Of a stretch of DNA of 64,000 bases, positions 12,711 through 27,694 are shown in pieces. The notes under the pieces are model-generated. The model was not told the origin of the DNA. It saw only the letters and a list, made by a program, of their open reading frames with translations, and did not search any database. Positions within the stretch are counted from its first letter, which is position 1; the number at the start of each line of letters is the position of its first letter. A program made the position numbers and the translations under genes. Source of the stretch: the human T2T-CHM13v2.0 reference genome, Homo sapiens. The stretch is taken from NCBI RefSeq assembly GCF_009914755.1, contig NC_060932.1; one strand, given 5' to 3'.

Positions 12711-14372
12711 TATTGTTTAAAGTAGATATGCAACTACCAAATATCAGTGTTCATACTCCTGAACATTTATCCCAGAGAAATGAAGATTTATGTTAACACA
12801 AAAACTGGTACATTATGTTTCTAGAAGTATTATTTACAGTAGTAAAAAAACTAGGAACAACCCAAATATGGCTGAATCATTAAACAAATGTGGGGCATCC
12901 ATGACATGGAATACTATTCAGCAGTTAAAAAAAATAAGCTATTAATGCATGCAAAAATCTAGGTGAATTTCCAGAGAAATATGCTGAGTGAAAAAAGCCA
13001 AATGAAAAGTTTACGTATTATATGATTGTGTGATTACATTTATAAAATAGTGACAAAATTTTTATTTGTGATTTCTGGGTGTCAGGGATGGAGTAGGGAA
13101 ATGAGGAAAGTGAATGAAACAATGTAACAACATCAGGGATTCTTATTGTGATCAAAATGTTCTATATCCTGATTTTGTCAATATAAATACCCCAGTTATG
13201 ATATTCTTCTATAGTTTTGCAAAATATTACCAATGGAGGAACATGAATAAAATGTACATGGGATTTCTTTATATTATTTCTAACAGCTGAATATGAGTCT
13301 ACAATTACTTCAAAATATAAAGTTTAATGAAAAATGTTCCCAGCCCAAAATATAGTTTTTTAACTTTCAAGAAAGTAGACAGGGTTGCATAATAGAAAGA
13401 ATAGAGCAAATTAGAGAATTAGTTAATTGGAAGGTAAAGTAATTTGAATATACAGATAGATTGGATAAAGATAAAGAAGTGAAAAATCTAAGAGCAAAAT
13501 ATGTGTTAAGCAAACTTTTTGTAATTTTTATTGGGGGGGAGTAACATGGGTAGTGATCTGTGATATTGATAGAAAAATATTAACATACGTGTTGAAAATT
13601 TAAGAGTAATCTCTAGAATATAAGTGTGTTGCTTCCAAATAATTAGAAACATAATACCAAAAGTAAGTAATATTTAGTTAAATTAACAAGTCAAGAATAG
13701 CACATTAAAGACATCACATGAGAGAGCAAGAGAAATGGAAAACAAAAGGAGATACCAAAAGCAAGTCCAGACAGAGCAGGAATTTTAATAAATATAAATG
13801 TATTAAATTATTTTATCAAATCAAAGATTCCTAGATTGGCTTAAAAATCTTTGCGTAATCTGTATAAAAGACACACCAGGAACAAGATGATACAGAATGG
13901 TGAACACAAAGGAAAATGGAAAAATATTTACTAATAAAATAACAATGAGACAATTGATATTGCATTGCTAGTATCTGAAACAATAGAATTTAAAGTGAGG
14001 TACATTGTATTTGTTACAGAGATTTAAAAATATTTATTATATATAAGTACTCCATGATATACTTTAAAAACTTTTATGCCCATAAAGTAAAGCTTTGAAA
14101 TATGTATAGAAAAGCCAAAAAGTGCAAGAATTCATAGTAGGCAGACTTAAAATATTTCCCTTAGGAGTACACATTAAATTGGTAAAATAAGGAGGAACTG
14201 AATAACCAATTTATAGGCCTGACAGTTAACTATATAAGCTTAAAAATACAAGGAAGAATCAATATTCATAGTAGGAAAATTTAAAATATTCCTTTCAGGA
14301 GTACACCTATCAAATTGGTAGAGCAAGTAATTAATACAGAAAGGAATTGAATAACCAATTTAGAAGCTTGAT

Positions 14373-14485
14373 TATACATACATACATATATATACATATA
14401 TACATACATGTGTGTATTTATACATATATACATATAAGTGGGTATATATATATTTTTTGTGTATTATATATATGTGTGTGGTGTA
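14373..14485. repeat. (TA/CA/TG)n microsatellite
   Basis: tatacatacatacatatatatac...gtgtgtgg. Confidence 0.9.
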
Positions 14486-14964
14486 TGTGTCAAGGTACAG
14501 AAACATTTTCATCAAGTAAATTTATACATTTAAAAAATACACAATAGCATTTAGAAAAAAATTTACCATGATTTAAGCCACAAAGAAAATACTAACAAAT
14601 GTATTAACTTAGAAAACTGTACAGGCCACATTTTCTGACCACAATGCCCAGTTGTATTTAACAACCAAAGCACACCTTCCTGAATAACACATCTTGCTCC
14701 ACCCTGTCCCCCACATCTATGTTAACATTGTCCTATGTTGGTAAAGAAATCAATTGTTTTGAAATTGTATTGAATGAAATAGAATATGTTATTTATTTCA
14801 ATATGTATGTAGAACTGCCTCAATACCACTGATTGAATGTGTATTCTTTCTTAGTTGATTGGAAATATGATATATTTTACATACTAATTTCCCATATTAG
14901 AGACTTTCTGAGAATCCCAAATCTCTGCATTGAAATAAACATATTTTAATAATCTCCCTACCTT

Positions 14965-17900
14965 TTTTTTTTTTTTTTAGAAAGATCATATTGTTAGGAT
15001 TTAGGTTCACAGCAAAATTAACAGGAAGCTACAGAAGTGTCTCATATGCCACCTGCCCCATGCAGGCACCAACCTCCCCCATCACAACATCCTCCACCAG
15101 AGTGTAACATTTATTACAATTGATGAACCTACATTGACACATCCTTATTACCCAAAGTCTGTAGTTTACAGTAGGGTTCACTCTTGGTGTACATTCCATG
15201 GGTTTGGACAAATATACAATGATGTATATTCACCATTATAGTGTCATACAGAGTATTTTCACTGTCCTAAAATCCTCTGTGTTTTTGCCTATCTGTCTCT
15301 CCCTCCCCCATAAATCCTGGCAACCTCTGATCTTTTTACTATCTCCATATTTTTGCCTTTTCTCAAATGTTACATAGTTGGAATCATACAATATGTAGCC
15401 TTTTCAGATTGGCTTCTTTCACTTAGTAACTTGCAGTTAAGGTTCCTCCATGTCTTTTCATGGCTTGATAGCTTATTTCTTTTTTAGTTTTGAATAATAT
15501 TTCATTGTTTGGATATACCATAGTTTATCCATTTCCCTGCTGAATGAAGGAGATTTTAGTTCCTTCCAAGTTTTGGCAGTTATAAATAAAGCTGCTATAA
15601 ACATCCATATGCAGGCTTCTACATGGACATAAGCTTTTTACATTTTATTTATTTTATTTTTAACTTTTATTTTAGGTTTGGGGGCACCTGTTAAGGATTA
15701 TTATATAGGTAAACATCTTTCATGGGGGGCTGTTATAAATATTATTTCATCAGCCTATATTAAGCCTAGTACCCAACAGTTATCATTTCTGCTCCTCTTC
15801 CCCCTCCCACCCTCCACTCTCAAGTAGACCCCAGTGTTTGTTGTTTCTTTCTTTGTGTTCATAAGTTCTTATTATTTAGCTCCCACTTATAGATGAGAAC
15901 ATGTGGTATTTGGTTTTCTGTTCCTGTTTGAGTTTGCTAAGGATAATAGGCTCCAGCTCTGTTCATGTTACTGCAAAAGACATGATCTCATTCTTTTCTT
16001 ACGGCTGCATAGCATTCCATGGTGTATACGTACTACATTTTTTTAATCCAGTCAGTCATTGACAGGTATTTAGGTTGATTCCATGTCTTTGCTATTATGA
16101 ATAGTGCTGCAATGAACATTCTTGTGTATGTGTCTTTATGGTAGAATGATTTCTATTCCTCTGGCCATATTCCCACTCAAGGGATTGCTGGGTCAAATGG
16201 TAGTTCTCTTCTTAGGTCTTTGAAGAATCACCACACTGCTTTCCACAACGGTTGAACTAATTTACACTCCCAACAGTGTATAAGTGTTCCCTTTTCTCCA
16301 CAACCTCACCAGCATCTGTTGTTTTTTGACATTTTAGTAATAGCCATTCTGACTGGTGTGAGATGGTATCTCACTGTGGTTTTGATTTGCATTTATCTAA
16401 TGATCAGTGATGTTGAGCTTTTTTTTTCATACATGTGTTGGCCACATTTATGTCTTCTTTTGAGAAGTGTCTGTTCATGTCCTTTGCCCACTTTTTAATG
16501 GAGTTATTTTTCTCTTGTAAATTTGTTCAACTTCCTCATAGATGCTGGATATTAGGCCTTTGTCAGATGCATAATTTTGAAATATTTTCTCCCCGCTCTG
16601 TAGGTTGTCTGTTTACTCTGTGGATATTTTCTTTTGCTGTGCAGAAGCTCTTAAGTTTAATTAGATTTCATTTGTCAAGTTTTGCTTTTGTTCTGATTGC
16701 TTTTGGTGTCTTTGTTATGAAATCTTTGCCCATTCCTGTGTCCACGGTGGTATTACCTATGTTGTCTTCTAGGATTTTTATAATTTTGGGTTTTACATTT
16801 ACATCTTTAATCCATCTTGAGTTGATTTTTGTGTATGATGTAAGGCAGGAGTCCATCTTCAATCATCTGTATAGGGCTAGCCAGTTATCCCAGTACCGTT
16901 TGTTGAATAGGGAGTTTTTTTCCCCATTGCTTGCTTTTGTCAGCTTTGTCAAAGATAAAATGGTCATAGATATGTAGCTTTATTTCTGGGCTCTCTATTC
17001 TGTTCCACTGGTCTACGTGCCTGTTTTTATACCAGTATCATGCTGTTTTGGTTACTGTACCCTTGCAGTATAGTTTGAAGTTGGGTTATGTGATGTCTCC
17101 AGCTTTGTTCTTTTTGCTTAGCATTGCCTTGACTATTCAGGCTTGTTTATCGTTCCATATGAATTTTAAAATAGTTTTTTCTATTTCTATGAAGAACATT
17201 GTTGGCAGTTTGATAGGAATAGCATTGAATCTATAAATTGCCTTGGGCAGTCTAGTCATTTTAATTATATTGATTCTTCCTATCCATGAGCATGGGATGT
17301 TTTTTCATTTGTTTGTGTCTTCTCTGATTTCTTTGAGCAGTGTTTTGTAATGCTTGTTGCAGAGATCTTTCTCCTCCCTGGTTAGCTGTATTCCTAAGTA
17401 TTTTATTGTTTTTTTTGTGGCAATTGTGAATGGGGTTGCCTTTCTGATTTGATTATCAGTTTGGCTGTTGTTGGTGTACAGGAATGCTAGTGACTTTAGT
17501 ACATTGATTTTGTATCCTGCAACTTTGCTGGAGTTGTTTATCAGTTGAAGGAGCTTTGGGGCTGAGATTATGGCATTTTATAGATATAGAATCATGTCAT
17601 CTGCAAAGAGACAGAGTGTGACTTCCTCTCTTCCTATTTGAATGCATTTTATTTCTTTCTCTTTCCTGATTGCCCTGGCCAGGGCTTCCAATACTATGTT
17701 GAATAGAAGTGGTGAGAGAGGATATCCTTGTCGTTTGACAGTTTTAAAGGTGGATGCTTCCAGATTTTGCCCAGTCAGTATAATGTTGGCTGTGCATTTT
17801 TCATAGATGGCTCTTAGGCTCTTATTATTTTGAGGTATGTTTCTTCAATACCTGATTTACTGGGAGTTTTTAACAGGAAGGAGTATTGAATTTTATCAAA

Positions 17901-20860
17901 AGCCTTTTCTGTGTCTATTGACATAATCATGTGGTTTTTGTCTTTAGTTCTGTTTATGTGATGAATCACATTTATTGATTTGCATATGTTGAACCAGCTT
18001 TGCATCCTAGGGATGAAGCCTACTTGATCATGGTGGATTAGACTTTGATGTGCTGCTGGATTCAATTTGCAGGTATTTTGTTGAGAATTTTTGCACTGAT
18101 ATTCATCAAGGATATTGGCTTGAACTTTTTCTTTTTTTATTGTGTCTTTGCCAGGTTTTAGTATCAAGATAATGCTAACCTCATATAATAGGTTGGGGAG
18201 GACTCTCTCCTCCTCAATTGTTGGGAAATATTCCAGTAGGAATGGCACCAGCTTTTCTTTGTATATCTGGTAGAATTTGGTTGTGTTTCTATCAGGGTCC
18301 AGGCTTTTTTTAGTTGGTAGGCTGTTTATTATGGATTCAATTTCGGAGCTTGTTATTGGTCTGTTCAGGGAATCGATTTCTCCCTTGCTCAGTCTTGTGA
18401 GGGTGTATGTGCCCAGAAATTTATCTATCTCTTTTAGGTTTTCGAGTTTGTGTGTAATAGTTTCTGATGGTTGTTTTTATTTCTGTGGGGTGAGTAGTAA
18501 CATTCCCTTCATCATTTCTTATTATGTTTGTTTGGATCTTCTCTCTTTTCTTCTTCATTAGTCTAGCTAGTGGCCTATATATTTTATTAATTTTTTTCAA
18601 AAAAATCAACTCCTGGTTTGGTTGATCTTTTGAAAGGTTTTTTTCTGAGTCATTTTCCTTCAGTTCAGCTCTGAGTTTTGTTATTTCTCATCTTCTCCTA
18701 GCTTTGGGGTTGACTTGTTCTTGCTTCTCTAATTCTTTCAGTTATGAAGTTAGGTTGTTAATTTCAGATCTTTCCAATTTTTTGATGTGGATATTTAGAG
18801 CTATGAATTTCGCTCTTAATACTGCCTTAGCTGTGTCCCAGAGATTCTGGTATGTTGTATGTTTGTCCTCATTATTTTCAAAGAACTTCTAGATTACTGC
18901 CTTAATTTCATTACTTATCCATGTAACTGCATGATTTTGAGTGATTTTCATAGTCTTGCTTTTTTTTTTATTGTGCTGTGGTCATAGAGTGTGTTTGGTA
19001 TGATTTTGGTTATTTTGCATTTTTTGAGGATTGTTTTATGTTCAATTATGTAGCTGATTTTAGAGTATGTGCCATGTGGTGACGAGAAAAATGTATATTC
19101 TGTTGTTTGGGTGTGAACACTTCTATAAATGTCTATCAGATCCATTTGGTCCAATATTGAATTTAGGTTCTGAATATCTTTGTTAATATTCTACCTTCAT
19201 GATCTGTCTAATACTGTTAGTGGAGTGCTGAAGTCTCCCACTATTATTGTGTGGGAGCCTATGTCTCCTTGTAGGTCTCTAAGAACTTGCTTTATGAATC
19301 TAGGTACTCCTGTGTTGTGTGCATATATATTTAGGATAGTTAGGTTTTCTTGTTGAATTGAACCCTTTACAATTATGTAATGCCCTTCTTTGTCTTTTTT
19401 GATGTTTGTTGGTTTGAAATCTGTTTTGTCTGAAATTAGTTTTGTCTGAAATCTGTTTTGTCTGAAATTGTAACTTCTGCTTTTATTCTGTTTTCCATTT
19501 GCTTGGTAGATTTTCCTCCGTCCCTTTATTTTGAGCCTATGAATGTCATTACACTTGAGATGGGTCTCTTGAAGACAGTATACCGTTAGGTCTTGCTTTT
19601 TTATCCAGTTTGCCACTCTATGCCTTTTAAGTGGGACATATAGTCCGTTTACATTCAAGGTTAGCATTGATATGTGTGGATTTGATTCTGTCATTTTTCT
19701 GTTAGCTGGTTATTATGTTGGCTTGTTTGTGTGGTTGCTTTACAGTGACACTGGTCTGCGTGTTTAAATATGTTTTTATATTAGCTGGTAGCAGTCTTTT
19801 CTTTCTATATTAAGTGCTCCTTTCAAGGTCTCTTGTAAGGCAGGTCTGGTGGGAATGAATTACCACAACTTTTGCTTACCTGAAAAGAATCTTATTTTTC
19901 CTTCACTTAAAAACCTTAGTTTGGCTGGATATAGGATTCTTGGTTGAATAATTTTTTCTTTAAGAATGTTGAATATAGGCCTCCTATTTATTCTGGCTTG
20001 TAGGGTTTCAGCTGAGAGATCCAATTAGCTTGATAAGGTTCCCTTTGTATGTGAACTGCCTTTTCTCTCCAGCTGCCTTTAACATTATTTCTTTCATTTT
20101 GACCTTGGAAAATCTGATGATGATGCATCTTGGAGATGATCTTCTTGTGTAGAATCTTGCAAGAATTCTCTGTATTTCCTGAATTTGACTACTGACCTCT
20201 CTAGCAAAGTTGTGGAAGTTTTCATGAACAATATCCTGAAATATGTTTTCAAAATTGCTTGTTTTCTCTCCCTCCCTTTCAGGGATGCCAGTGACTCATA
20301 GATTTGGCCTCTTTAAATAATCCCATACTTCTCAAAGGTTTTGTTCACTCCTCTCATTCTTTTTTCTTTATTTTTGTGGACATAAGTTTTCAATTCCTTT
20401 GGGTAAATACCAGGTAGCATGACTGCTGGACTATATGGTAAGAATAGGTTTAATTTTGTAAGAAACTGCCAAATTGTCTTCCAAAGTAACTGTGCCATTT
20501 TGAATTTCCACCAGCAAAGAATGAGTCCTGTTGCTTCACATCCTTGCCAACATTTGGTGTTGTCAGTGTTCTGTATTTTGACCATTCTGATAGGTGTGTA
20601 GTGGAATCTCATTGTTTTAATTTATAATTCCCTAATGGCATATGATGTTGAACATCTTTTCATCTGCTTATTTGCCATCTGTATATCTTCTTTGGTGAGC
20701 TGTTTGTTAAGGTCTTTGGAACATTTTTGAATCAGACTTTTTTTTTACTGTCGAGTTTTAAGGGTTCTTTGTATGTTTTGAATAACATTCCTTTCTCAGA
20801 TACATTTTTTTGCAAATATTTTCTCCTACTCTGTGGCTTGGCTATTCATTCTCTTGAATA
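14965..20860 (-). mobile_element. L1MC1/2-like 3' end, split into 14965-15637 and 20377-20860 by an L1PA insertion
   Basis: ttaggttcacagcaaaatt...gatgaacctacattgacac; the sequence resumes at tggacataag after the L1PA. Confidence 0.75.
15640..20376 (-). mobile_element. 5'-truncated L1PA15/16-like LINE-1 (decayed ORF2 and 3' part of ORF1)
   Basis: ORF2 fragments in the ORF track (19197-19694 endonuclease [18 protein letters not shown]; 17814-18248 RT region). TSD tggacataag(c/t)ttt at 15624-15637 and 20377-20390. Confidence 0.9.
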
Positions 20861-22189
20861 TTCTACCAAACATTTAAGAATAATTTTTGGTATTCAAAAT
20901 ATTAGGAAATCTGAATTAACAGAGCTTGAAGAGGAAGCATATATGTAACTCTTTATTCAATTCACTGAAAAAAGTTACATTATTATATTAAAATGTGGGC
21001 CTACTGAGAGTTCAGAGACGTGAAAACTATGTCTGATATGTCATTTTGAAAGCAAATCACGGAAACTGGAAACATGTGCTCTTGCTAAGGCAGAGATGTT
21101 GTTTTGGTCACTTTTTCTTTTTAGAAAATGTAGACATTTGCTAAACAATAATTTTTATAGACATTATGCAAAGTTATCCTCAAATTTCAGTCAGAAACTG
21201 CTCCATTTACTTGCTGTGTTAGGCAGCCTCCACTCCTGGCTGTCAAGTTGCTGGGGAAAAGTGATCCAGCTTTCATGAATGCACTCCTTTACGCACATGA
21301 TTGTCTCAGGGACCCTTCCTACAATTTTTTATTCTGGACTTTCATTCAAATTTGGTAATATTGCAAATTGAAAGAGCCTTTTGGGTTCGAAATGTGTTAA
21401 AATATATCAAAGTGAAAAAGAACTCTTTAAACCAGCAATTTCATTGTAGGAATGTATTTTAGAGAAATATTTGCACACATGCAAAACATTTACAAGGACA
21501 TTAATTGCAAATTATACAAGATGGTCAGAAGTTGTGAACAATAAGTATGTACAGATAGTAAAATAGCATCTTTTTGAACACAAATAGCTGTTAAAAAGAA
21601 TCAGATAAATATCCATATACTCAATGCCTATATTGACATGGAATGGTGTCTATATTTTTAAGGGACTGAATCTTGGAATGCTTATATCTCTTGCAACATA
21701 ATGAAGTAGATAACTGACAACAATTCCTTATTAAATCACTTAGAAATTACCTCCTTTTGAAAGTACAGAAGTTTAAAATAGAGTAGGGAAACCCATGGGC
21801 TAGACATAAGTAGGAAATGGGTCATGAGCCTGGGAGTTTGACACTGAATCCACACCTGCTGAGCATGTGTGCTTCATCTCTTGAATTTTGAGCATAGGGT
21901 CTTAATGGCTATGTAAGGGACAGAAAATGTGGCCTTGGACCTAAACAATGAAGTATTAGAACTGCACTCCCCCACAAGGGATGCCCACATATATAATAAA
22001 AGTCTAAATAAATGGATGAGCACTATAATACAGCTAAAGAAAGTGATAATGTTTTGGAGGGATGGGGGAAGTTTAACTATTTTGGTAATATTTTCCAGTA
22101 GTTTTATGAGTGATGCATAGATGATTGTTACATTATTATTTATATATTTTTATGTCTCAAATATAATAAAAAGTTATGGATGTGTGGAT

Positions 22190-22351
22190 GTATGTATTGT
22201 GTGTATATATATGTGTATTGTATGCTTATGTGTATGTATATATACACATATGTGTGTGTGCATATATATATATACACAGTTGATGTATATATATACACAC
22301 ACATATATATATACAGTTGATTATATATATATTATATATATATATATATAT
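22190..22351. repeat. (TA/TG/CA)n microsatellite
   Basis: Directly visible dinucleotide runs. Confidence 0.9.
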
Positions 22352-22680
22352 AGTTGATCCATATTCTTGGGTTCTGCATCTGTGGATTCAACCAACTGTG
22401 GAATGAAAATATTGCAAAAAAAATTGCATCTGTAATGAACATGTACAGACTTTTTTCTTTGTCATTAGTCTCTAAAGAATATAGTATAATATCTATTTAC
22501 AGAGCATTTACATTCTGTTTGATATAAGTAATCTAGAGGTGATTAAAAGCATACAGGAGGATGTGCATAGTTTATATGCAAATACTATGCCATTTTATAT
22601 AAGGAACTTGAGATCTGTGGGTTTGATATTCAAGTGAGGTCCTGGAACCAATCCCCTTCTGCATCTGAGGGACAACTGTA
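22352..22680 (+). mobile_element. MER2 (Tigger2-derived MITE)
   Basis: tgcatctgtggattcaaccaac...taagtaatctagagg...ggtcctggaaccaatcccc...gagggacaactgta. Confidence 0.85.
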
Positions 22681-23039
22681 TATATCAAAACAAGATGTCT
22701 ATATGTGCTTGTATTTGTGTATGTGCTTGTTGTTTGGGGAATTAACATCAAGTTGTTTATAGTGTTTACTCATACGTAAGGAGAGAGAGGAGTAGTCAGA
22801 GGGTGACTTTAATTTGTGCGCTAAATTATTTCAATGTTTTATAATATTTATATATTACATGTATATTTTTCAATAAAACAAAAGTATGAGATTAGTTAGA
22901 ATTACAGATATTTTATCCATAATATAGTATAGTTCAATTCTGTAGAACTCACTGTTGTAGAAAACTTATACCCAATTTTATTTGAAAGATAACAGACCTA
23001 ATAATCATAGTACTATTCTAGGCAATTTATTCTTACAGA

Positions 23040-23200
23040 CTTTTTTTGTTTTTAGAGACAGGATCTTATTCTGTTGCCCAGACCGGGGTGCAGTGGTGTG
23101 ATAATAGCTTACCACAGACTAGAATTCCTGTGCTCAAGCAATTCTCTTGCCTCAGCCTCTCAAAGCACTGGGATTGCAGGTGTGACCCACAGCACCCAGC
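23040..23200 (-). mobile_element. Alu monomer / FLAM-like
   Basis: tagagacaggatcttattctgttgcccag...caaagcactgggattgcaggtgtga. Confidence 0.75.
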
Positions 23201-24029
23201 TGAGAATATTTTTATTTTGAAATAAAATAATGCTAAAGGCACTTGGGCTTCAGAGTGATGGGGCTGCATCATCCTTCCCTGATTGACTGCCAGAGTTTAG
23301 TGGATGGATATGACTGATCTAAGTAGGGCTTCTCTTTCTATGCCATTTCTCTGTGTCTCCTAGAGGTCACAGTCTATTGAGATAGAGAGGGCTTACCTAC
23401 CATCAAGGGTGTGTGATTACCAGGTATCTGCGGACAAAAGATATTTGGTCATACATTATATCATGCCCTGTATCTCAAAGTAGATCGTAAAGTCTTGAGG
23501 GTGGAAAACAGGTGTTTTGCTTCGTGCTTCATTGTGCATCTGTGCAATAGCCCTGTACAGATGCACAGTGTACAGATACTGTAGCGTCTAGGGGAGCATG
23601 GGCCATAAAGCAGGAGCTCAGCAAATATCTGTTGAAGTAAACCAAGCATTGACTTGTGTATGCTTTCATCTTATTTGGAAAAAAAAAACATTGAAAATAG
23701 AACCAGTTAGCAAATAGCATCTTAATATTTATTCTTTTAAGATCTAGAGAAAAATAACCCCCATCCCATTAAGTTACCTTTATGTACAGTGGATATGTTT
23801 TAATTATATACTTAAATACACAATTAGCTTTCAGCCGTCTTTTTCTCTTTTAATATTTGCTTTCAAGAGAGGGGCTGAGAAATAAATTCACACTGAACTG
23901 AAGCTCAAAGTGTAATGTATAACCCCCCTGCCCCACCACCAAACACACACACAACAAGTGCATTTGCCTTTAATAGGGAGGAAGTTGCATGACACAGCTA
24001 TATCTGGGAGATAATCTTTGGGAATGACT

Positions 24030-24200
24030 CAGGTTTGGCAATCTGTCTGCTTGACCCTGAGCAAGTGATTTAATCTCTGTTAACATTGGAGTCTTCATCT
24101 GCAAAATAATACCTAATGGGGACACTGTGAGGAATTTATGAGGTGAAAACAGTTTGAAGAGCCTAATTCTGTGACTGGCATTTGGTGGACACCCAATACA
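24030..24200 (+). mobile_element. MIR
   Basis: tgaccctgagcaagtgatttaatctctg...tcatctgcaaaat core. Confidence 0.6.
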
Positions 24201-27200
24201 TTTTGGCCAGCAACACAGTAGATGCTGTTGCTTCTCTTCTATTAATATTAATGGCCCAGTGACAGAACAGGTGGAGAGATCTTTTGAAGGCTGCCTTCTG
24301 GTATCCTGAGATTAGAACTCAGAGTGTGCATCTGTTCTTTTAGGTTGTAGCTCTGGTATCTATAGAAAAGATCTTGGTGATGGTGTAAAAGAGAGCAGTA
24401 CTGGGCAGGGCAAAGTGTACGTGTCTGTGTTCGTCAGTGGGAGCAGAGGAAGCCTAGCTTGCTCCTGCATCTCCACAGTGACAATATGCTTTGGCAAACT
24501 TTGGAAACATGTCATATAATTAGAAAACAATCCAGAATATGTCCTATCATCTCAGAGAGGCAACTTGGATCACCCTTAAATAGCACACACAACTCCAACT
24601 CCCCTGTTTCTCTGTAGTATAATTGTCTTTGTTTTTCTTCACATCATCATCTAAAATCATCTTGTTGGATGTATTCCTTTGATTACAGTTTATATTCTGT
24701 TTATTCCTGCTTGAATATAAACTCCTTCAAGGTGGATATTTTGCCAGTCTTTTAAATTGCTTGTATCTTCATGACCAGAAAATGTCTGCTACACAGTAGA
24801 TGTTCTTCTAAAGAGTTGTCAAATGCGTTTATGAATGAAAAATATCAGGGCAAGCCTGTCAAATCTGAAATGTATGGTTTATGTGTGAATATCATTTGTC
24901 ACTACAAGTCTGAGAATATTCTTAGCAGTTTATGGGAGACTTTATTTTCTGGAAAATTCATTCAGACTTGGATATCTTTTCAACAGCTATTAAGTTCTTT
25001 GGTGCATGGTATTGGAGACTTCATTTACACCAATTGGTACATATTTATTGGGTACTATATTATCTACCGAGAAAAATAAACACAAAAACTCATATGTATG
25101 TAGAAACTACTGGTATATTTGGGACATTCCCTACTATTATATCCTGACAATTTCACAAAAGCCTGCCTTGATTTTCTGTTTATATGCCTGCTCAATTTTC
25201 ATACTCATCAATACATTTCATCATTGTAATATTAGAAGCAAGAAATTCATATTTAAATTATGATTTAGATTTGGAGATTAGTTTTCAGAGATTCAGAGAT
25301 TAATTTTTGAGAAATTTGCCATGAAATTAAGTATGTGAATTGGATAAGGTAAAAGATTTATTAAATAAACCAGTTTCTGTTGTTTTGTTCCTGGAAGTTC
25401 TTAGCAACAATAAAAACATTTAAAGATAAATTACTAAAATTATGTAAATGATCTCATTGGTATATGTAGTATTCTACATGAAATATACTGATAATTTTAG
25501 ATTGGAAGTTTTCCCTTTAATATAAAAAAGATTCCTTTTGAGGTATAGCCCAGCGAATATAGGAGCATATAACGCCTGCTGTTCCTTCACTGTTTGGAGA
25601 TATTGATCTAATTCATAGTGACAAGCTAGATTGCAGTGAGAAGACATTTTATTTGTCTGTACATTGAAACAATATATCTATTCGTATGAAGTGAATTTCA
25701 TAAGATTTATCATAATTGTATGTTTTTGAGATATTATCTTTAATTTTCTTTTATTTCTAAGAATTCTCTCTAGAAAAGTTGGAATTGTTTTGGTCATTTT
25801 ATTTTTTTCCTGTTATATGTTTTGTATAAAAAATATAATCGTCTTAGTATTATATAAAATGGTAATTAAAATCAGCTACAGCCTATTAGGTATACAATAT
25901 TCTATTCTGCTGAAAATATTTATTGAGACATTCTCTAGTATCTTTGCTCTTAGTTGTATAGTAATGATATAATATGCAATAATGTTAAGTAGGTGACAAT
26001 GTTAAGCAGATGATAAATACTCTACTCTGAGGAAGCTCTCAGACTTTCCATAGCTTCACAAAAAGTTTCAGCTTTCGATTTTAATTATAACCTTTATGAA
26101 ATGTTTGGCTAAGACATTGAAGTTTGTGTGCAACTGGCAACATTCCACTCCTATAATCTTCAGATTAGTAGGGAACACAGAGATCAACATTACTAGGTTC
26201 ATCAGTGGTTCAGTTTTAAAAAATAATATTCAGGGAAGAATTTATGAGGTTCATTTACATCAACTTCTAAGTTATTAAAAAGTATATTTTTGGATAAATT
26301 TTGTGAAACAATGAGCTGGATATCTATTCTGCATAAGGCTGGCCTGTTGAGGAATTACTTTCACTGAGTTGTACAGTGGAGCGATTGAAGAAGCCTCTCG
26401 AATGATTCTTTATTACAAGAACCACACTGATTAAAATGGCAGTTTTGTCTAAGGAAGAATGTTGAGGGACATGTTTATTACATTTGGTAGCAAACACTTA
26501 TGAGAACTACTGCATAATTTGATACTGTCAAAAATATTTACGTAGATATTTTGAATTGTGCAACTAATAGGCTCCTCCCCACTTTTTTTGCTTGGGCTTC
26601 TGGAAAACTCACGGCCCTGACATAGCCAGACTCTAGCCCATTATCATGGGCATTTATACCCCCATTCTTTTTCCCACATTGTCTTCACATTGTTTTACTT
26701 TATCTTTTTCACTCCTTTGTTTATTTATGCTATTTGAACGTAATTTATGCTTCCTTGGAAAATGCCTTAAATTCTTTCTGAAATAAGGACAAATATAAAT
26801 ATTTTAAATAAATCGTAAAGCAACACACTTTCGGCCCACATCATTTTGGTACATTATGAGCTATAATCTGTTTCCTGTTGATCCATGCTATAACTGGCTT
26901 TCTTACTAAAAAGATTTGTTTGGCTCATTCTGGATTGCTTAGTGAGAATTTATTTGTACATGATGTCTCCCTGGATTAGTCTTATGAACAGCAAAGATGA
27001 AGCACCAAAAAAGGCAAGATTTGAGCCTTAGAGACTTTGCACAGTCTGTTTTCTTCTCTTGAAAGTTTTCCCCATTGTGTTGCCGGCTCCAGCTTGCCAT
27101 TTGGATCTCAGGTTAAATATATACTAGATAGACCCGCACAGATGACTCAATCCCAATAGCCTCCTTCATGCCACAATAGTTTATTTTCACCACATCTCTC

Positions 27201-27399
27201 ATCAGTCACTGACATTTCCATGTTTATTTGTTCAGTGTCTGGCTCTGCCTCCTTAAAAAGAGCCTCCACTAAGAACAGGACTTTGCCAGCTTTGTTTCTG
27301 ACACATCTTCATCATGGACCATAGGCCAATTTCTACAATTGGCAATTTATTCTTTTTTTTTTGGAGGGGGGGTGTTTATTAACAGATTGATTTATTCAT

Positions 27400-27694
27400 A
27401 TTTATTTATTTTTTTTTTGAGACAGAGTCTCGCTCTGTCACTTGGGCTGGAGTGCAGTGGCATGATCTTAGCTCACTGCAGCCTCTGCCTCTCGGGTTCA
27501 AGTGATTCTTGTGCCTCAGCCTCCTGAGTGTACAGGTGTGCGCCACCACATCTGGCTAATTTTTGTAGTTTTAGGAGAGGCACGGTTTCACTGTTGTTGG
27601 TCACTCTGGCATCAAACGCCTGGCCTCAAGTGATCCACCCACTTCGGCCTCCCAAAGTGCTGGGATTATAGGCGTGCACTCCCACAACTGGCCT
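27400..27694 (-). mobile_element. Alu (old S/J)
   Basis: Antisense dimer gagacagagtctcgctctgtc...cccaaagtgctgggattataggc. Confidence 0.9.

Noticed and set aside
16435-16977. 180-aa hydrophobic ORF
   Set aside because: Antisense reading of L1 ORF2; a common artefact.
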